Shown here: positions 24,318 to 26,687 of the stretch, piece after piece
Numbering within the stretch: position 1 is the first letter of the stretch
How the letters are laid out: each line of letters starts with the position of its first letter
IMG/VR virus record: IMGVR_UViG_3300021167_000376
Strand: one strand, 5' to 3'
DNA length: 26,687 nucleotides
Source of the DNA: an uncultured virus (IMG/VR IMGVR_UViG_3300021167_000376)
Taxonomy: Duplodnaviria > Heunggongvirae > Uroviricota > Caudoviricetes
The notes under the pieces: generated by a model
The model's input: the letters and a program-made list of their open reading frames with translations, nothing else
Databases searched by the model: none
What the model was told of the DNA's origin: nothing
Translations under genes and position numbers: made by a program

Positions 24318-25369
24318 ATCGCCACAGATATTTTATCTGTGGTGATCCTTCCAATTCGTATGATTGGATTCTCAATTGTGCGGTTAGCAATGTAGCAAGC
24401 AAGCATTAAGATTGGCAGCGCGGTGAGTGCGTTCGCTGGCAGACCTGGCTTCATAAACGAAATCAACGCAACGATATATTCGGTAAGCCAGTTGTGAAAT
24501 AGGTATACCGAAAATGTCAGGCTTGATAAAAACTTTATAGGTCTGCCATCTGGCAGATACTTACCTAAATAAATAGCTGCTATGAAGATAGAAAGCCCGT
24601 AGTAAATGAAATACATATTGCTCCACCTCGGCTGATAAGCGTCTATCATCGATAGCGAAGATGCTATTATCATGATTGAGCTGGCGATAGCAAAAACTGT
24701 TGTTGCTTTTCTAAATTGGACTAGATATACACAGGATCCTATAAGCAATATCCCAAAGTAGATACTCGTATATCCATAGGATAGAAATTTACCAGCGGGG
24801 AAAGCTGGCAGGAAATAGATGGCAGCCACTGATGCTGCGTATATCCAAGGCAGAATCTTCGGGTTTTCAAAGAGGCGTAATTTCCGAAGTACTGCCATGT
24901 ACGCGTAAAATAAAACCTCGACCCGCAAGGTCCACTCCACGCCGCTAAGGGAGTAAGGCGTGCTGAAAAAGTCACCTAGCAACAGAAGTCGAGGAATCAG
25001 TGTCTCTATTTCGGGAACTGCGACGTTACGTAGCTTGTAATCCATGACGGTCTGCGTGATGACTGCGACTGCATAGAGAGGATAGATTCGGAATGCCCTC
25101 TTAACTAAGAATTCAAGGGGGCGCTCATGCTGTAGTACGTGGGTGATGATGTAGCCTGAAACTAAGAAAAAAACGATTACGCCAACTACACCTCCGTAAA
25201 ACAGAGGCATAGCTAAATCTAACGCCCGCCGCGCTATCTCGCTATTGTTCTGGTCCGCTACAAAGCGTTCCATTGCCGGATAAAACTTGTGTCCTATCAA
25301 TACGCTCGCGAAAGCAAAAATGCGCATGTAGTCCAAAAAAACTATTCGGCGCTGATTATCTTTGGTCAT
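24302..25369 (-). CDS. Acyltransferase-3 family membrane protein (Oac/OafA-like O-acetyltransferase, no SGNH domain); moron
   Basis: LDYMRIFA..SVLIGH, VIVFFLVSGYII, KRAFRIYP, WTLRVEVLFY and SVYLFH motifs; multi-TM; AT-rich and antisense to the operon. Confidence 0.9.
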   Translation of the reverse strand: MTKDNQRRIVFLDYMRIFAFASVLIGHKFYPAMERFVADQNNSEIARRALDLAMPLFYGGVVGVIVFFLVSGYIITHVLQHERPLEFLVKRAFRIYPLYAVAVITQTVMDYKLRNVAVPEIETLIPRLLLLGDFFSTPYSLSGVEWTLRVEVLFYAYMAVLRKLRLFENPKILPWIYAASVAAIYFLPAFPAGKFLSYGYTSIYFGILLIGSCVYLVQFRKATTVFAIASSIMIIASSLSMIDAYQPRWSNMYFIYYGLSIFIAAIYLGKYLPDGRPIKFLSSLTFSVYLFHNWLTEYIVALISFMKPGLPANALTALPILMLACYIANRTIENPIIRIGRITTDKISVAIQAPK

Positions 25370-25458
25370 CCTGGGCTTCTTTCCTTGGGGGCGAGCGATT
25401 CTACATTGCATGTCGGTATCAGTCTCGACATGTTTCTTTATGATCGATGAGGTTGATC

Positions 25459-25992
25459 ATGCCTATAACCGAGCAGCAGCTGCTGCAGATACTTCCGAAC
25501 GCCGGCCGCCAAGCAGGCGTTTTTGTTTCTGTTCTGAACATGGCCATGAGCCGTTACGGCATCGTCGGCACGCCGCGCGCTGCCGCGTTCATTGCCCAGG
25601 TCGGGCACGAGTCTGGCCAGTTGCGGTGGGTTCGCGAGATCTGGGGACCCACGGCGCAACAAGCGGGGTACGAAGGGCGCGCAGACCTGGGCAACACTGT
25701 GCCGGGCGACGGCTCCAAATATCGCGGGCGCGGCCTGATCCAGATCACCGGTCGGGCCAACTACGCCGCGTGCGGCGAGGCCCTGGGCTTGGACCTGCTC
25801 AGCAAGCCCGAACTGCTCGAGCAGCCACAGTACGCCGCGATGTCGGCGGCCTGGTTCTGGTATACGAAAGGGCTTAACACCCTGGCAGACCAGAAGGACT
25901 TTGCGAAGATCACCCGGCGCATCAATGGTGGACTCACCGGCCAGGCCGATCGCCAGGCGCTGTACGAAAAGGCGTTGAAGGTGCTGGCATGA
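25459..25992 (+). CDS. Endolysin, glycoside hydrolase family 19
   Basis: FIAQVGHESG, DGSKYRGRGLIQITGRANY, SAAWFW, ITRRINGG; SD GAGG before MPITEQQLL. Confidence 0.95.
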   Translation: MPITEQQLLQILPNAGRQAGVFVSVLNMAMSRYGIVGTPRAAAFIAQVGHESGQLRWVREIWGPTAQQAGYEGRADLGNTVPGDGSKYRGRGLIQITGRANYAACGEALGLDLLSKPELLEQPQYAAMSAAWFWYTKGLNTLADQKDFAKITRRINGGLTGQADRQALYEKALKVLA

Positions 25993-26507
25993 CCCCCGGG
26001 CAGATCCTGGCCGCAGTCCTGCTGGCGATGGCCATCGGCTTTGGGGGCGCGTGGCAGGTGCAGGACTGGCGGATGGGCAGGCAGCTGGCCGAACAGGCGG
26101 TCCTACACAAGGACGACTTGGCGGCGATCAGCAATGCCGCCTCTGCCCAGGCCCGTACCGAGCAAGACAAACGGCTGGCCCTGGAGCAGAAGCTATCCGG
26201 CCAGGACCAACAACACACCAAGGAATTATCCGATGCCCAGCGCAACCAGGCTCGCCTGCGTGACCAGCTTGCTACTGCTGATATCCGGCTGTCAGTCCTC
26301 CTTGCCGAGGATCCAGCCAGTGGCTGCAACGTGCCTGCCACCACCAGCACCGGCGGCGTGGTTCATGCAGCCCGTCGAGCCCAACTTGACCCAGCGCATG
26401 CTCAACGAATTATCGCCATCACCGACGACGGGGATAACGCCGTAATCGCGCTGCGTGCGTGCCAGGCGTATGTCAAAACAGTTTCGGGAGCGGGCGCTGG
26501 GAAGTAA
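25989..26507 (+). CDS. i-spanin (Rz)
   Basis: N-terminal TM, coiled coil, GDNAVIALRACQAYV C-terminus. Confidence 0.9.
   Translation: MTPGQILAAVLLAMAIGFGGAWQVQDWRMGRQLAEQAVLHKDDLAAISNAASAQARTEQDKRLALEQKLSGQDQQHTKELSDAQRNQARLRDQLATADIRLSVLLAEDPASGCNVPATTSTGGVVHAARRAQLDPAHAQRIIAITDDGDNAVIALRACQAYVKTVSGAGAGK
26233..26445 (+). CDS. o-spanin lipoprotein (Rz1), embedded in the +1 frame of Rz
   Basis: SD AAGGA 26220-26224; signal peptide with lipobox LLISG|C; Pro-rich CLPPPAPAAWFM. Confidence 0.88.
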   Translation: MPSATRLACVTSLLLLISGCQSSLPRIQPVAATCLPPPAPAAWFMQPVEPNLTQRMLNELSPSPTTGITP

Positions 26508-26581
26508 CTTTCTGATGGGCGGCTCTGTGGATAACTCGCGAGCTTAAGAAAACAATGTACGTCTATTTGTACGTATGGCAG

Positions 26582-26619
26582 AAAAACAAAGGGCCTGCAT
26601 CGCTGCAAGCCCTTGTTTT
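26582..26619 (-). terminator. Intrinsic terminator downstream of tRNA-Thr (possibly bidirectional)
   Basis: Minus strand: GGGCTTGCA-GCGA-TGCAGGCCC then TTTGTTTTT. Confidence 0.75.
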
Positions 26620-26622
26620 AAA

Positions 26623-26687
<65 letters not shown>

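Noticed and set aside
25362..25877. 171-aa + strand ORF overlapping the endolysin
   Set aside because: Alternative-frame shadow, Arg-rich and without motifs; the GH19 frame is clearly the real gene
12289..26507. R-type tailocin
   Set aside because: A full head/packaging module, cos and att-like tRNA are present, so this is a prophage

Overview
Late (structural and lysis) half of a temperate Pseudomonas-type prophage, almost all on the + strand, ending at a minus-strand tRNA-Thr(TGT) that is probably the integration site. The window opens with the 3' end of a Q-like antiterminator and a pR'-like sigma70 promoter with a tandem 8-bp repeat and terminator. A ~700-nt non-coding late leader follows, holding a pseudoknot-capable structured RNA, two non-canonical tRNA-like genes (Gly-TCC with a shrunken D-arm, Val-CAC) and more hairpins. 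Next come a holin and two small proteins, a lambda-like cos, and lambda-like packaging/head genes (small terminase, GpA, gpW, portal, S49 protease, scaffold, decoration, major capsid). A Mu-like contractile tail follows (sheath, tube, frameshifted chaperone, tape measure with lysozyme domain, gpN, gp44-48, fibre, chaperone). The window ends with an AT-rich antisense acyltransferase-3 moron, a GH19 endolysin and Rz/Rz1. The most novel-looking part is the structured RNA/tRNA-like cassette at ~490-1080. Product calls come from motif recognition and synteny, and RNA pairings were read by eye; no searches or folding programs were run.
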